Below, one piece after another: positions 36,401 to 47,682 of a stretch of DNA of 64,000 bases. The stretch is from Klebsormidium nitens (taxonomy: Eukaryota > Plantae > Klebsormidiophyceae), in contig DF236961.1 of NCBI GenBank assembly GCA_000708835.1, positions 62,001 to 126,000 of the forward strand, in the 5' to 3' direction. Within the stretch, counting starts at the first letter, position 1; every line of letters begins with the position of its first letter. The notes under the pieces were generated by a model that searched no databases, was not told the DNA's origin, and worked only from the letters and a program-made list of their open reading frames with translations. The position numbers and the translations under genes are program-made.

Positions 36401-37582
36401 GGACGTGCTCTTCTTCAGCTTCTACTACCAGCAGGTACGGCCCGTTGAATTCGACATTTGGTTGAAGAGATTGGATGTGACCAGGTGATTGTCGCTAGAG
36501 GGTCTTGTGATTACTGAAACCCGCTGAGTCGCCTCGAGGCATATGGGATGACATTGGTTGTGCCTTGCAATCTAATTGGATGACTGGGGAAACATGGCTT
36601 AAGTCACTTTCGCTGAGAGTATCTTCCTGAGTACAACTACGTATCACTCGTGTTGTTTTCAAAGATCTCGGTGTCCTGAACCCTTCGAGCATCTCCAAGA
36701 TTGCCGGTCGCTTTTTGCGTTCTAAGGCTGCTGACGTGTCACGCTCCGGGTGACGTGGCAGGGCACGTACCAGCAGTACCTGGCGGCCAAGGAGCTGAAG
36801 AAGCAGTCGTGGCGGTACCACAAGAAGTACAACACGTGGTTCCAACGTCACGAGGAGCCCAAGCTGACGACGGACGAATACGAGCAGGGGACGTACGTCT
36901 ATTTCGACTTCCACATTGTGCATGACGACTACCAAACGGGCTGGTAAGTTGCACGCGCCTTCGCATATCGTTTTGCGCCCGCTCTTGCTCTGGAATGAGC
37001 GCGGTCTGCTTGGCTGCAGCAGAAGATAACTGATTGTTCCCGGAAGACCGATTTTTCGTCTGAACGCCTGACGATTAGGATCTCTAATGACGCCGGTTTG
37101 CAGATTAACCGGCGTCTAACCAGCGTCCATGTTTTCTGGGGTCTTTCCTTGCGCGCCTTTCTTGGGCGGGCAGTCATGGCCGCACGTTGACAATGCCTCT
37201 TATCGCCCTAAGAAGCCGTCACTAAGCATCGGGCTTGGTCCAGATTCAGGCACCGCAATAATCGAGGATTTACTGTCGTACTCGCTGTTTTCCTCGAAAT
37301 CACATGATAGGGACGTCGATTTTACATCCCCTGTTTTTTCAGGGTCCCAGCAACTGCTGTTTAGGCCCTCGTTGTCCTTTTAATCACTTCCAAGAGCAAA
37401 AGGCTCCACTTTAAGACTGGGAGTCGATGTTTCCCATCGAGTGTCAATGCTCCTGAGGCAAGCGGCCTTCGGAATCCCGCAACTCATCGTGTTCACTCCT
37501 GATTTTCGTCTGCAGGTGTCAAAGGATCAAAACGGAGTTCACATTCGAGTACCAGTATCTGGAGGACGAGCTTGTCGCTTGA
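30412..37582 (+). CDS. NOT3: CCR4-NOT complex subunit NOT3 (N-terminal Not3 domain and C-terminal NOT box)
   Basis: Exons 30412-30504, 30987-31130, 31393-31509, 31754-31804, 32093-32239, 32450-32588, 32958-33149, 33443-34035, 34801-35057, 35487-35823, 36315-36434, 36762-36943 and 37516-37582. Motifs: [82 protein letters not shown]. Confidence 0.96.
34549..34790 (+). repeat. Intronic minisatellite with a ~46-bp unit, about 5 copies
   Basis: Units of the form gcccctttcgagacc...ttttgccactttcccgtagcaa start at 34597, 34643, 34689 and 34735, with a partial unit at 34780 and a diverged unit at about 34549. The array abuts the acceptor at 34800. Confidence 0.85.
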
Positions 37583-38789
37583 ATCGCTGGCATTAAAAGT
37601 ATTCCCCAAGGGCCTCACTCCTGTGCGACTTCCGCACAGAGTATAAGAATGTTGGCGCACTTAAAGAAGTTTATGGCATTTTCCGGCGTAACAAGGAGCC
37701 GGTCAAAAGATACATCGTCGACATGTCATGCAGTCTGTTGTCGCTGTCCAATCCGAGTGTGAGTGCAGTGTCTGTATCAAGTGGCGGCCTCAAGACATGA
37801 GTGTTGTCTATGTACGAACCATGCGCTGAAAGTATGTACGGGATATGAGCATGTGCGCAGCTCTATGCAACTCTTGTGAAGTGGGCTGTCGCATGTACTA
37901 ACCACTGTCCACGCTACACGTACAGCCATTATATCGTGCTTACCGCAGCTTTGTGCTGCACGTATCGAATTAAGCTAATATAGGCATGTATGTATATGTA
38001 CGTGACTCTGCTATGTATAGTAGCCAGCTAACTGTGCAAAATTTGGAATAAGTTAATTACCAGTGTGAGGTTGGGATTGTACAGTACACGTATGTGTCAT
38101 GATCAAGACAAGATGAACATTCTACATCCTCCCCATGGGATCTATGTTTGGGGGCTAGCTGAAGCTCCGAGCCTGATTGAGCTGACAAAAGAGTGCAGCA
38201 CATAAGACAGGTATGCGCGCGGCACTGTTGTCCGCTGATTATAAGAGCAAAAAGAAACTGGTGTTTGCTGCTGGAGAAAGGGTAAGAAAGCTCGGCAAGG
38301 TTGCAGTCTGACCGCAAAATACATGTAGCAAATGTCAATCCTGTACAACAAGAGGCCTTCTGCCCAAGAACAAGAAACAAAGGAACGCGCCAGTCTGCAG
38401 TTCCTAGAACTAGAGTAACCGGCTAGGTATCTTCTGGCTTTACAACGTTGAAACTATTGTGTCCTAATCACTCCAAAATTGTTTGGGGCTATCTAGACAG
38501 CAGGTCGGGCTATCTAGACAGCAGCTTTGACCGTACAGTCAGTGAACGAAAGCCACTGGCTTTCCCTATCCAGATCTTCAATCTCGCAACTGTAATGGTG
38601 CTTGATGGCAGGTGCCAACGCCTCCCAGCCTCGTAAAATTACTCAAACAACTCGCCTACACAGTATCTAACATCAACTGGGCCTAATGTACCCACGTTTC
38701 CATCCAATGGAGCAATTTTGACGACTTTGACGCATTGCTTAGTGCCGTCCCGACACAAACTGTCTAAAAAGTACGGGGCATGTCCCAAC

Positions 38790-40508
38790 TCATGCCACTG
38801 GAGGAATCAAGCAACCAGGAGCTTCAGGGTGGTAAACCCCTTCCTGACGCAGCTCAAAGACAGGGCGTTGTGCCTTGCTGCTGCTCTCGGAGGTCCACAA
38901 GAAGCTTGCAAAGCTTGCCAGAACGTAACTGCAATAGACCAGCAGGAAATATGGTCAAACGAGAGAACTCAAAGCATCCTCATTTGCACGCAAAGAGAAC
39001 CTATGGATATGTATGGCTTGGACAAGCGACAATCAAGAGAACGTAAAACCTTTTAGCACCGCAAGCCTGCTTGAAATGCTTGATTGCTTCCAAATCTTGT
39101 AGTGAGCAGAATACCGACCAGTCCTCTGGAGCTGCCTTGACAGCCTGCTCATGATAGTGCGTTGCACGTTCCACATCGCCATGGACTTGGTAGATCAGCT
39201 TCGCGTACTGAGAGAGGACTTCCCCATCGCTCGGGCTCGCCAGGATGGCCCTCTCAAAAAACTCTTCAGCTCGGGGATAATCTTTCTGAATCTGCATAGC
39301 AGCAATATGCACAATGATGTGCACGATATCTAAAACATTGCACTCGTGTCATTCAAATCCATTTCTTGTAACAGTGTACTCTTTGTGATGACTCTTGATG
39401 ACAATCTGAGGAAGAAGTATTCTTTTATCACATCTCCATCTGCATAGCTGCGAACGCGGCAGGACCAAACTGCAGCCTCTAAAAAGGGCAACAACAATTT
39501 GCATTGGACCTCTCATCGAGTTGACAACAGCTAGCAAGATTGAGATTCGGAAGTTGATGCTGATTCAAGCAACTGAGAACGGGTTAGCTGACAACAACCA
39601 AAGTTGCATAATGAGAGAATCAAGCAGGTCTCCACCTGTTTTTGAACAACACTTGAACAATAACGACTCACCTCCAGCAAGAAAAGCGCATAGTTCCTCA
39701 GGAGCAGCGCATTCTCAGGGTCTTCGCCTAAGGACTTGCGGTAGTAGGCGTCTGTGACTTGCGGATCTGCGCTGATTCCTCCCTCTGCATACTCCTCAAC
39801 CCCGGAGCTGAAGCCCGGAGCTCCTCCAGCGATTTCTTCGTCGCTCAGAGGCCTGCATCCACGGGCACTGCAGACCATTTGCCGGCCCCCAATGGTCGTC
39901 ATGGTTGTCTCCTCCACCAGTGTCATCAGGCTGTCATCCTCTTCGTAAGCCCCTGCCTCAACAAGGGCCCTGGTGCCTCCGTGGCCGCTTGCCATATCAA
40001 AACCCCTGACCGCATTCGTTTTGTTGCAGCGCTCCTGAGCAATCGAAGGCCCCAGAAGAGACGACCGACTCCGACTAAGCGACCTCCGCCGTCCCCCTCT
40101 TCTGCCGTTTCCCAACGCAAACCTGCCTTCTTCTCTAACGGATGCCAAGGAAGACTCCCCCCCAGAATCATGTGATGTCATCAAACACGTTAGATCTGCT
40201 TCCGACTTTGACTTTCTGAACGCAGGGACTGATGACCGTTCCCCCTCAGCATCCCAATCGCTTGAGGCTCGGCTTACACTCGAGTCGCAATGCTCCAATC
40301 GATGGCTAGCGAGAGAAGGTTGAGTGACAAGCGAACCATGAAACGGACGCTGCGTCGCGCCCCATGGAAGAGGGCTTCGTCCCCCAGTGTTTCTTGCAGA
40401 CCTGCCAATCTCAGGGCCCCATTCTTGCGCCTCAATGGATCCCTGGGCAACCAGGCTACTGGCCAAAGTGGCCGTGAGGGAGGGAACAGACGCACTCTTA
40501 GCAAGCAT
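38790..40508 (-). CDS. Plant-type TPR-repeat protein with a Ser-rich N-terminus and C-terminal TPRs
   Basis: Exons 40508-39672, 39291-39119 and 38928-38790. N-terminus MLAKSASVPSL resembles the MLLRSASTP start of the plant TPR family. TPRs: DAYYRKSLGEDPENALLLRNYALFL, RAEEFFERAILASPSDGEVLSQYAKL, CYVLASFASFLW. Confidence 0.85.
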
Positions 40509-40775
40509 CTTGGCAGCTTCCTCCAATCCGCCGCTGCCAGGCACAGGGGCAGGAACAACCTCAAAACCTGCTTTCTTTTCCGCTCAGTCTCGCAGGAGCA
40601 CTGCCGTGCGACGGTTGCCAGAGGCCCTTTTGGCTTGCCTCTCTGCTGAATTCTATCGTCAGGAATGGCCGCCGCCCCTTTCAACCTGGCTATCGTGGGT
40701 AGGTAAAAGGTCGTTTTCCAGGTGAGGTCATTGTCAACACTCAATTCATTTTGCTGCTGGTCCTCGTGAGTTCAG

Positions 40776-41151
40776 GTACGTACCTACCGGAGACCTGGAG
40801 GTAACAAAGTCTTGGACCACCGTCACCACGATTCAGAAACCGGTCACCTGGCACTACCGTACCAGCGTTTGATTTCGTCAGGTTCGACGCCAAATTTATA
40901 ATTATGAAACGTCTGCGGGTTTTGGCAGCCCTAGCGTTACCTGCTAAACAGGACCATTATCGGTCCATTACCGCCCAGAATATTTTCCAGCGAAATTCGT
41001 CAGGCCATATAATTATTTATTATTTGACGAAATTAAACGCTGGTACGGTAGTGCAAGTTGCCGCGCGTTCACACTGCTGGTACACGGTACACGGTACACG
41101 GTACCTACCTATAACGAAAACTTTGAAGCCGTACCTATACCGTACTAGTAC
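40776..41151. promoter_or_regulatory. Cluster of 11 GTAC cores (4 CCGTAC) in the TPR/TOM6 bidirectional promoter, resembling SBP-box/CuRE sites
   Basis: GTAC at 40776, 40780, 40859, 41043, 41080, 41087, 41094, 41101, 41131, 41142 and 41148. Function is inferred only. Confidence 0.4.
40851..41054. mobile_element. 204-bp MITE-like element with 30-bp terminal inverted repeats (CACTA...TAGTG inside the ends)
   Basis: gcactaccgtaccagcgtttgatttcgtca (40851-40880) matches the reverse complement of 41025-41054 at 29/30 positions. The interior is AT-rich and non-coding. No clear target-site duplication. Confidence 0.7.
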
Positions 41152-41598
41152 CAGCCTAAGAATCTGCTGAGCGCTCCTCAAATGACGTCAATTCACGTGA
41201 TCCATGTGACCCTCAAATGAATTTGAACCGTCCACATGGCGGGCAACGAAGCGTCGGGACCGGGGATATCTGACTATTATTTCGACCAGATAGAAGATCC
41301 TGAAGTCTGACCTAACTTTAGAGGTTAGTGCGATCAGTTAGAAGCGTCGCCTGCTATACCTACCGTATGAAGAAGACAAACCGAACGTCTGTGTCAGGTA
41401 TTCAATATTGAGATCGCCAGGCGGCCAACGCACGTCTTCTTTAGCTAGGTTTAGTGAAAGCTTCAAATCCAAGTTGTTGGGGAAAAAGTGCAGACGCCAT
41501 TGGCGCTGATCTTGTTTGTTAGTAATAGAAGTGGAACATCTCGTTCTAGGTTGTGTGGATTCGATTGAAAGAGGTCTGTTGCTGTCCTGTCTGCCAGG

Positions 41599-41760
41599 AT
41601 GATGTTTATGCCGAAACGCCCTTCGAAAGAAGAAGCCTACAAGGAGCTTCGGACAAACCTTACTATACTGGGAGTCTTTTTGCTGCTTGTGCGAGCTGCT
41701 CCCAGGGTTCTAGATCTGGTGCAGGGGCACTCGGAGGAACCGGTTGTGGCTCTCCGATGA
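41599..41760 (+). CDS. TOM6: Mitochondrial import receptor subunit TOM6 (plant type), 53 aa
   Basis: MMFMPKRPSKEEAYKELRTNLTILGVFLLLVRAAPRVLDLVQGHSEEPVVALR* matches the plant TOM6 pattern as I recall it (MFMRKPDKAEALKQLRTHVALFG...IRAAPYVL), with a single TM segment. Preceded by the acceptor-like gtcctgtctgccag. Below the ORF-track length cutoff. Confidence 0.85.
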   Translation: MMFMPKRPSKEEAYKELRTNLTILGVFLLLVRAAPRVLDLVQGHSEEPVVALR

Positions 41761-43742
41761 GACTCCGGAGCAATCATTGCGCAGCTGAACGTTGCTCCAG
41801 ATGTGAGCTGGCAGATTACAGTTACATTTGCGCGTCCCTTGCAGTATGCTGGTAATTGCAGACATGCTCAGCCTTGATGCCAAGGTTGTGTGCATGAGGC
41901 CAAGGTGCAGCTTTGGATTTGTTTCTTCACATGCACAAAAAGAAAAGTTGTGACTTTGATTTTTGCCCTGCCTGACAACAGGAGTCAGTTTACAACCTAG
42001 AACATTTAGGGCAATGACGTTGGTTCGGGGTTTATCCAAGTGCAATCTGGTTTTTTTGGTAATGGCTCTCCTGTGTTCTTTCCTATACTCAGTGTCCTTG
42101 CTCTGTGGCATAAATCCATTTGGCCTGGAGGATTTTGCAGTCTTAATCAGGCTGTCGGCCTGTCAAATCATCACCACTGCCATCTGGAAGCGGGCATCAG
42201 GCCAGGCAAACGAGTGGGAAATCGTCCTTCAGGTTCTTCTTTGTAGCACCGAAAGAAGATGACGAAGAAGACCTTTGTAGCGAGATATCAAAGTGCAAGT
42301 CCTGGTGGACCACACAAGTATACTTTTTTGTGTTTCTATGTAACAACCTCGCGAAAGTCTGGCATTGACCATCTGGCATTCCATTTTGTGGGCTTCTTAC
42401 AGGCGCTTGGTAACATGTAGGAGGTTGTGGGTCCATGGATAGTGGCCTGTCAACGTGGCAAGCAAACACAGACCTGATGTGGAGGCGGAAGTCACTGCAC
42501 CATTGCGGTGCACCGAATCAAGGCCTTCCTGCGACAAACCTTGAAAGTGCTTCTGTATTTGGGTCAGATCGTATTTCAACAAGGAATGTTGGAAGTAGGC
42601 TTTTCCAAAGCGAAGACTTTGCGGAATATTGCTAAGCGGGATACTGATTGAGAGTTGTACAGGAGCTTGCAACGAGGTTTTCTCTAGTTTGTTTTTATAG
42701 CCAGGTACATTTTGATGTCACCAAGTAGCAAGCAAGAATGAAAGCAGTAAGTTGTTTACATTGATGCGCGTGAGTCATATGGTGTGCTACTTGTCGCGTT
42801 CCACTTTTATATTTCTTGCATGCACATTGAACTTACAGTCTTTATAGATCCACACACGTGGTAGTACAGTCGAAGCAAAAAAGTACTTTCTCACAATTCG
42901 CAGCATACAACCCACTCGTAGGTCTCATCAAGTTAAGCAATCCATTCGGCATCGTTCACATACATCAGTCGAGCTGCCAGCGAACGCATATGTGTATGTG
43001 CAGTATGTGTGTTCGAATAGCTTAATTGTCTGTTCGAAATCTGCATGATATCATACAGATTACGCATGCATGTAAACTTCGTGTGTGTTATCGGAACGCA
43101 CCGCGGCCACGCATGCAATTGTGCATGGCCATCATTTAGAAGTACAGAGCTAGCATGCCTGCATCATAAGGAAGATTGAGATCATATAATGCATCGTATA
43201 TTGTACATTACCATCGAGAGCCGCGTATAATGTGTGAGTTGTACGCAGTCAGAGCCAGAGTCTACTGCACCGTCGCGCTCTGTGGTTGTAATTGTTTCAA
43301 TCCAGAAACGATGGTTCATAGGCAGCAACAGCGTGTAGGCAGATTCGAACACGAGTTACCTCACCAGCGGCATGAGTTCCGCCCATGGTTTGCAGAAGCG
43401 ACTAATCACATGTATCCCACCACTGCCATTGCCCGCATTGGTGGCTGCAATGAAAGCCCATACAGGAGTAACGCGGTCCTCTTGTAGAAGGATGTTACCA
43501 AGTCCTTGTCGCCTCCGCCTCTTCACGACTTTCATTTCAAATTCTGATAAAGCCCGCACAGATTTGAAGGTACGCGGCCTAACGCTCCATCAAACCTTTT
43601 GCACAGAGTACAGGACAATGTCACAACTGGCAATCCGCCTTTCGGCAGAAAGGTTTCATGGAACGCATTCGGCACATGGTCTATATTGTGGTTCTGGAGA
43701 CAGAAGACTTGCATCCGTTTCCCGAAAATGTATTCGAGACGA

Positions 43743-46700
43743 CTACTCGACTCTTGCTGCTCGATGCTTCTTTGGTTTGACAGCGCCCCCATGCAAGACG
43801 CGCTGCTGTGCTGCCTGAAATTCCTCTTCGCTAGGCTCGTTTGCACTGGCCCTGCCTTTGTTTTTGCCTCCTTTTGCTATGCCGTACTTCTCCTCGAGCT
43901 TGGAAAAGAAGTCGCTGTTCCGCTCAGCCTGCCCTTTTCTGATCAACGCCGTTAAATCACTCAGCGCTCCGTTGCTTTTAATGCTTCTGGAGAGGATGGA
44001 AGTCAGGTTCATCAGTCTGGAATAAATTCAGGTAGACCAGCTGAAGCTGATGTCCCGCACGGCAGCTCGGTGATTCCTGGGAGGACTCGAGTCCATCCAG
44101 AGAGCCCAAGCGTCCAAATGAAGAGAAGTGGCACCTTTTTGCAACGAGAGCTCGGTCATTCAAGCCTTTCCCAAACTTACCAGAGTCGAGGCCCCGAAAT
44201 CAAACAGCGCTCTTGTGATCACAATTCTGGTTTGACCTACGACAGAGTAAGCCTATCATTATAAGAGCACGGCTGTACCAACATATCGCCTTCCCCGGTC
44301 GGTTCCTTGTCCTTATGCAACGACACAGACTCGGCGCCCGGATGAACGGGAAGAAGGGGCGGACATACGATCAACCAATCCGGATCGTCCTGTGGAGATT
44401 AGTTGAGGAGAGTCCGTGACCTACTTTTTCTGCGGCCTGGCCAAAGGATCCTCCGCTGGCTTCGGCTTCTTCGCTACGCCCTTGGCCCACTTTCGGTAGC
44501 GCGGATACTCTTCCAAGGAACCTGCAAAATCCATTACCCCTTTCATGTGGACTAATACGAGGTCTTCAGCATAGTGCTATTATGTAAGGTCTAGTGATCC
44601 CAAGGGTGCTCGAAGCATTTTGCCACTTGAGGTGGACATGTGCTGTCCACCGAAGGACCGGAAACTGGTGCACAAACACGGGAAGAGGTCGAATGCAACC
44701 CTTGACACCCCAAGAGCAAGAGCCCTTCTCAAGTAGCGGGACCATCAATCTTCATTGATGTTGGGTGCAAAGCGACAGGGCTCTCGATCTAGATTCCGCT
44801 TGAGGTCTGATGGAGAGCTCATGCACCTCAGATGCATAGAGCTGGGAAGAGACTGTCGCTTTGGTCGAATCTCTCACCTTCCGCAATTGCTTGATCAAGC
44901 GTTTCTTTGAAGCGATGGCTGTCCAGGTCCTCTCGAGAACAGACCAGCCAGCCAAAGACCCTGTAGGCACCGATGTGCGGAAATGTTTGGTTGAGTCATT
45001 AAAGCCACGGCTTTTGAAGGTTGCCTCCTAAAATCAGGACCAGGACTTGCTGAAAGGGGTCATAACATCTCAGGAGTGCATGGCCGACCTCTAGTAAGGT
45101 GGAAAGACCGGACAGTTTCCAAACCCGTCCCTGCAAATCGCCATACAGTCGAAGAACAAGGAAGCCTCGGTTGCTCGAAGGTGCTAAAAACGGCAGGCTC
45201 ACTTTCTCATGTCCCCCTTGAACCTTTTGTAGTAGCCCTTCAGCTCTTCTGTCTCCAAAGCGGAGCCTCGGTAAGAGGCCTGCGCAGGATGGGAAACTAG
45301 TCAAAACTCGTGCTGTCTTTCCTTGAGCCGAATCTCACAATACACACAGGAAGCGCGCCATTCATTCTGAACAGTATACCCGGACACTAGTGTAGCAATG
45401 AAGGCCATTCATGCATACTCCCAAATTCTTTCTGTAAGAGGGTATAACCGGTCAAACACGAGCACTTGCCTCGTAGCTGTCAATATCCTCTGCGGTCACC
45501 TGCAGGTCATCCAATGATGAGATCAGCGCTGAGATACACATTCAAGAAGGCCAACACAGCCTGTCAGTATCGTCCACTTCGCTAACCTGTACAGCAAGCA
45601 ATGAGTCTAGAAATCGACCTTGTCATACTTATGAAGGATACACTCTACAAAATTGCAGTAAAATTCCTGCACAGATGTTTCACAAGCTCCCAAAGGCTGC
45701 AGTGCTTACCTTCTGATAGACGGATCGGTAGTAGTCATAGAGATTGTTGAACTGGTCCCCAGACAGTTCCTGTAGATACCATACCAATACTGCTTCAACT
45801 CAAGAGCAACCTCGTCTCAGTCGACCATGCACAGATGGAAAGCTTGTCTAGACAATCTAAGAACGTTAAGGGGCACAGACCAAGCTGAAATGCTTCGCAT
45901 TGGTGTCGAACTACTTTAGTTGAGTCTTGCAAACTTACTGAATCTTCCAGACTGCCTGTCTGATCATACACCTTCCTCTTCTCAGGGTCTCCCAAGACAG
46001 AGAACACTCTCTGAAGTACCTGAAACTTCTCCTTTGCATCCTGTAAAAGAGGATGGGACAGTCAGTGAAGGCAGGATGGGCAAATCGGCGAGACTTCTCT
46101 CTCAGCCCTCCACATTCTGGGCTGGCAAATGTCAGATCAATATGCCACACAGGTAAAAAAGGAGCGCAAAGAAAGGGCCTCACTATCAGCTTTACTCAAA
46201 CCTGTTCATTCCCTTTCGATCAGATAAATGGCGGTGGCAAGAAGGGTCGGGCTATACCTCATTCCCCGGATTCTTGTCAGGATGAAGGATCAGAGCCATC
46301 CGGTGATATGCCTTCTTGACCTCTGCTTGTGAAGCGGATTTACTGACCCCCAAAACCTGAACAGTGAGTCACGTTGGCTGTCATGACTGCTTCTGAAAGG
46401 CTGTGACAGAATGTTGTGAGCATGAGAATTGTTTGATACTGTAATCACACCTGACTTAGGAGTCTGATCCGATGGCTGGTTCAAATACACAGAAACATTC
46501 TGGAACGAGCTCATTTCTCGTGAAAATGTAAGCAATGCAATCGGAGCAGCTTGAAAAGCATTGTCATAAATCTGATCAGCTTCTGAACAGGTCTGGGCAG
46601 ATGTAGTGAGCAAGAAAGTCAATCAAGATGTTTCAATAATATCTGACGGACGATTTTGATATGTTATACGCAGACGTCAAATGTGAAACTGTCTGGAACG

Positions 46701-46910
46701 AGCCCACTTCGTTCAAGATAAGTAGTAATGCGATTGGAGCAGCTCAAAAAGCATTTTCACGAGAGTAATCAGCTTCTGGACTCATACCTCATAAAGGCTT
46801 TTCTCGTTCTGTGGTTCAACCTCTTGACCGCTTGGACTGGGTTCCTCATCAAAGTCAGATTCGGCTTCCGACGACTCCTCTTCAATAACCCGCTTCTTGC
46901 CTCGGGCCAT
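43743..46910 (-). CDS. DNAJC9: DnaJ/Hsp40 type III protein, DNAJC9/AtJ6-like
   Basis: Exons 46910-46788, 46356-46258, 46040-45939, 45769-45710, 45499-45470, 45279-45203, 44960-44878, 44521-44425 and 43986-43743. J-domain with HPD ([10 protein letters not shown]), then [38 protein letters not shown]. Confidence 0.92.
46500..46778. repeat. Diverged two-copy intronic direct repeat (~85-bp core, 193-bp period)
   Basis: ctggaacgagc...aatgcaatcggagcagcttgaaaagcatt...atcagcttctg at 46500-46585, with a homologous copy at 46693-46778. Confidence 0.7.
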
Positions 46911-47682
46911 CTTTGCAGGAAAAAAGACTGCACGTCCTCTGCAAAAAGTTGATGAACCAACGCCAATCGACGAGTCAAACGAGCAGTTCACTTCTCCAAA
47001 GCGGCTTCTTCTGTCAAGCGTCTGTATCTTTGCCCTTCAAGCCCTCCCGCTCAACCAAAACCCAATCCTCAAGGCTGAGCACAGAGCTGAGTATCTGCCT
47101 CTGCCACTAGTGCTAGCAGAAGCTGAAGGGGCCTTCTGGCCGCCAGAAGTCTGTAGATGGCAGAGGCGAAAGCTGCACGCAGCTTTCGATCGCAGCTTTC
47201 AGAAGAGTTGAGGCGTTGTGTCGCCGTGACGGTGGTGCACAGCCCTTCGTCATTTCAAAAGTCTGCCCGCCAAAAGCGCTCAAAAAAACAGGTTAGCTGG
47301 TTGTTATACGTGGGTCTTGTGCCTGCTCTGATTTGTAACTTGAGCTCCCGGTTTTTGGAGCTGGAGTGTAGCCTGGATTTTCCGCGGAGTCTCCCAGAAG
47401 GTCCTGAGGTGCTTCCGCGAGTTCCGGAATGTTCAAGACGGTTGATTCTACTTGGACAGCTGTCCTAACCCGCTGTGGTCGTAACCCGCAGGCAGTGGAA
47501 ACAGGCCACGAACCCTGACTCCTGATCAAGACTTGAAGTTGTCAAGAGTCCAGCTAGGGTAGAAGCTTGAACTTGAACTTCAAGTTGAAGCGCACAGAAT
47601 TTTAAAAGCTACAAAGCTTTTAGGCCCAGGGTGGGAAGCCCGCCAGGAAGAAGAGAGATATTGGGTGGACCATCTCGAGATC

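Noticed and set aside
38486-38524. 18-bp direct repeat (gggctatctagacagcag x2)
   Set aside because: An isolated slippage-type duplication in a convergent 3' region, with no functional context.
41553-41855. 100-aa Cys-rich ORF from the track
   Set aside because: It overlaps the TOM6 frame out of phase, starts at a non-ATG codon and has no coherent metal-binding pattern.
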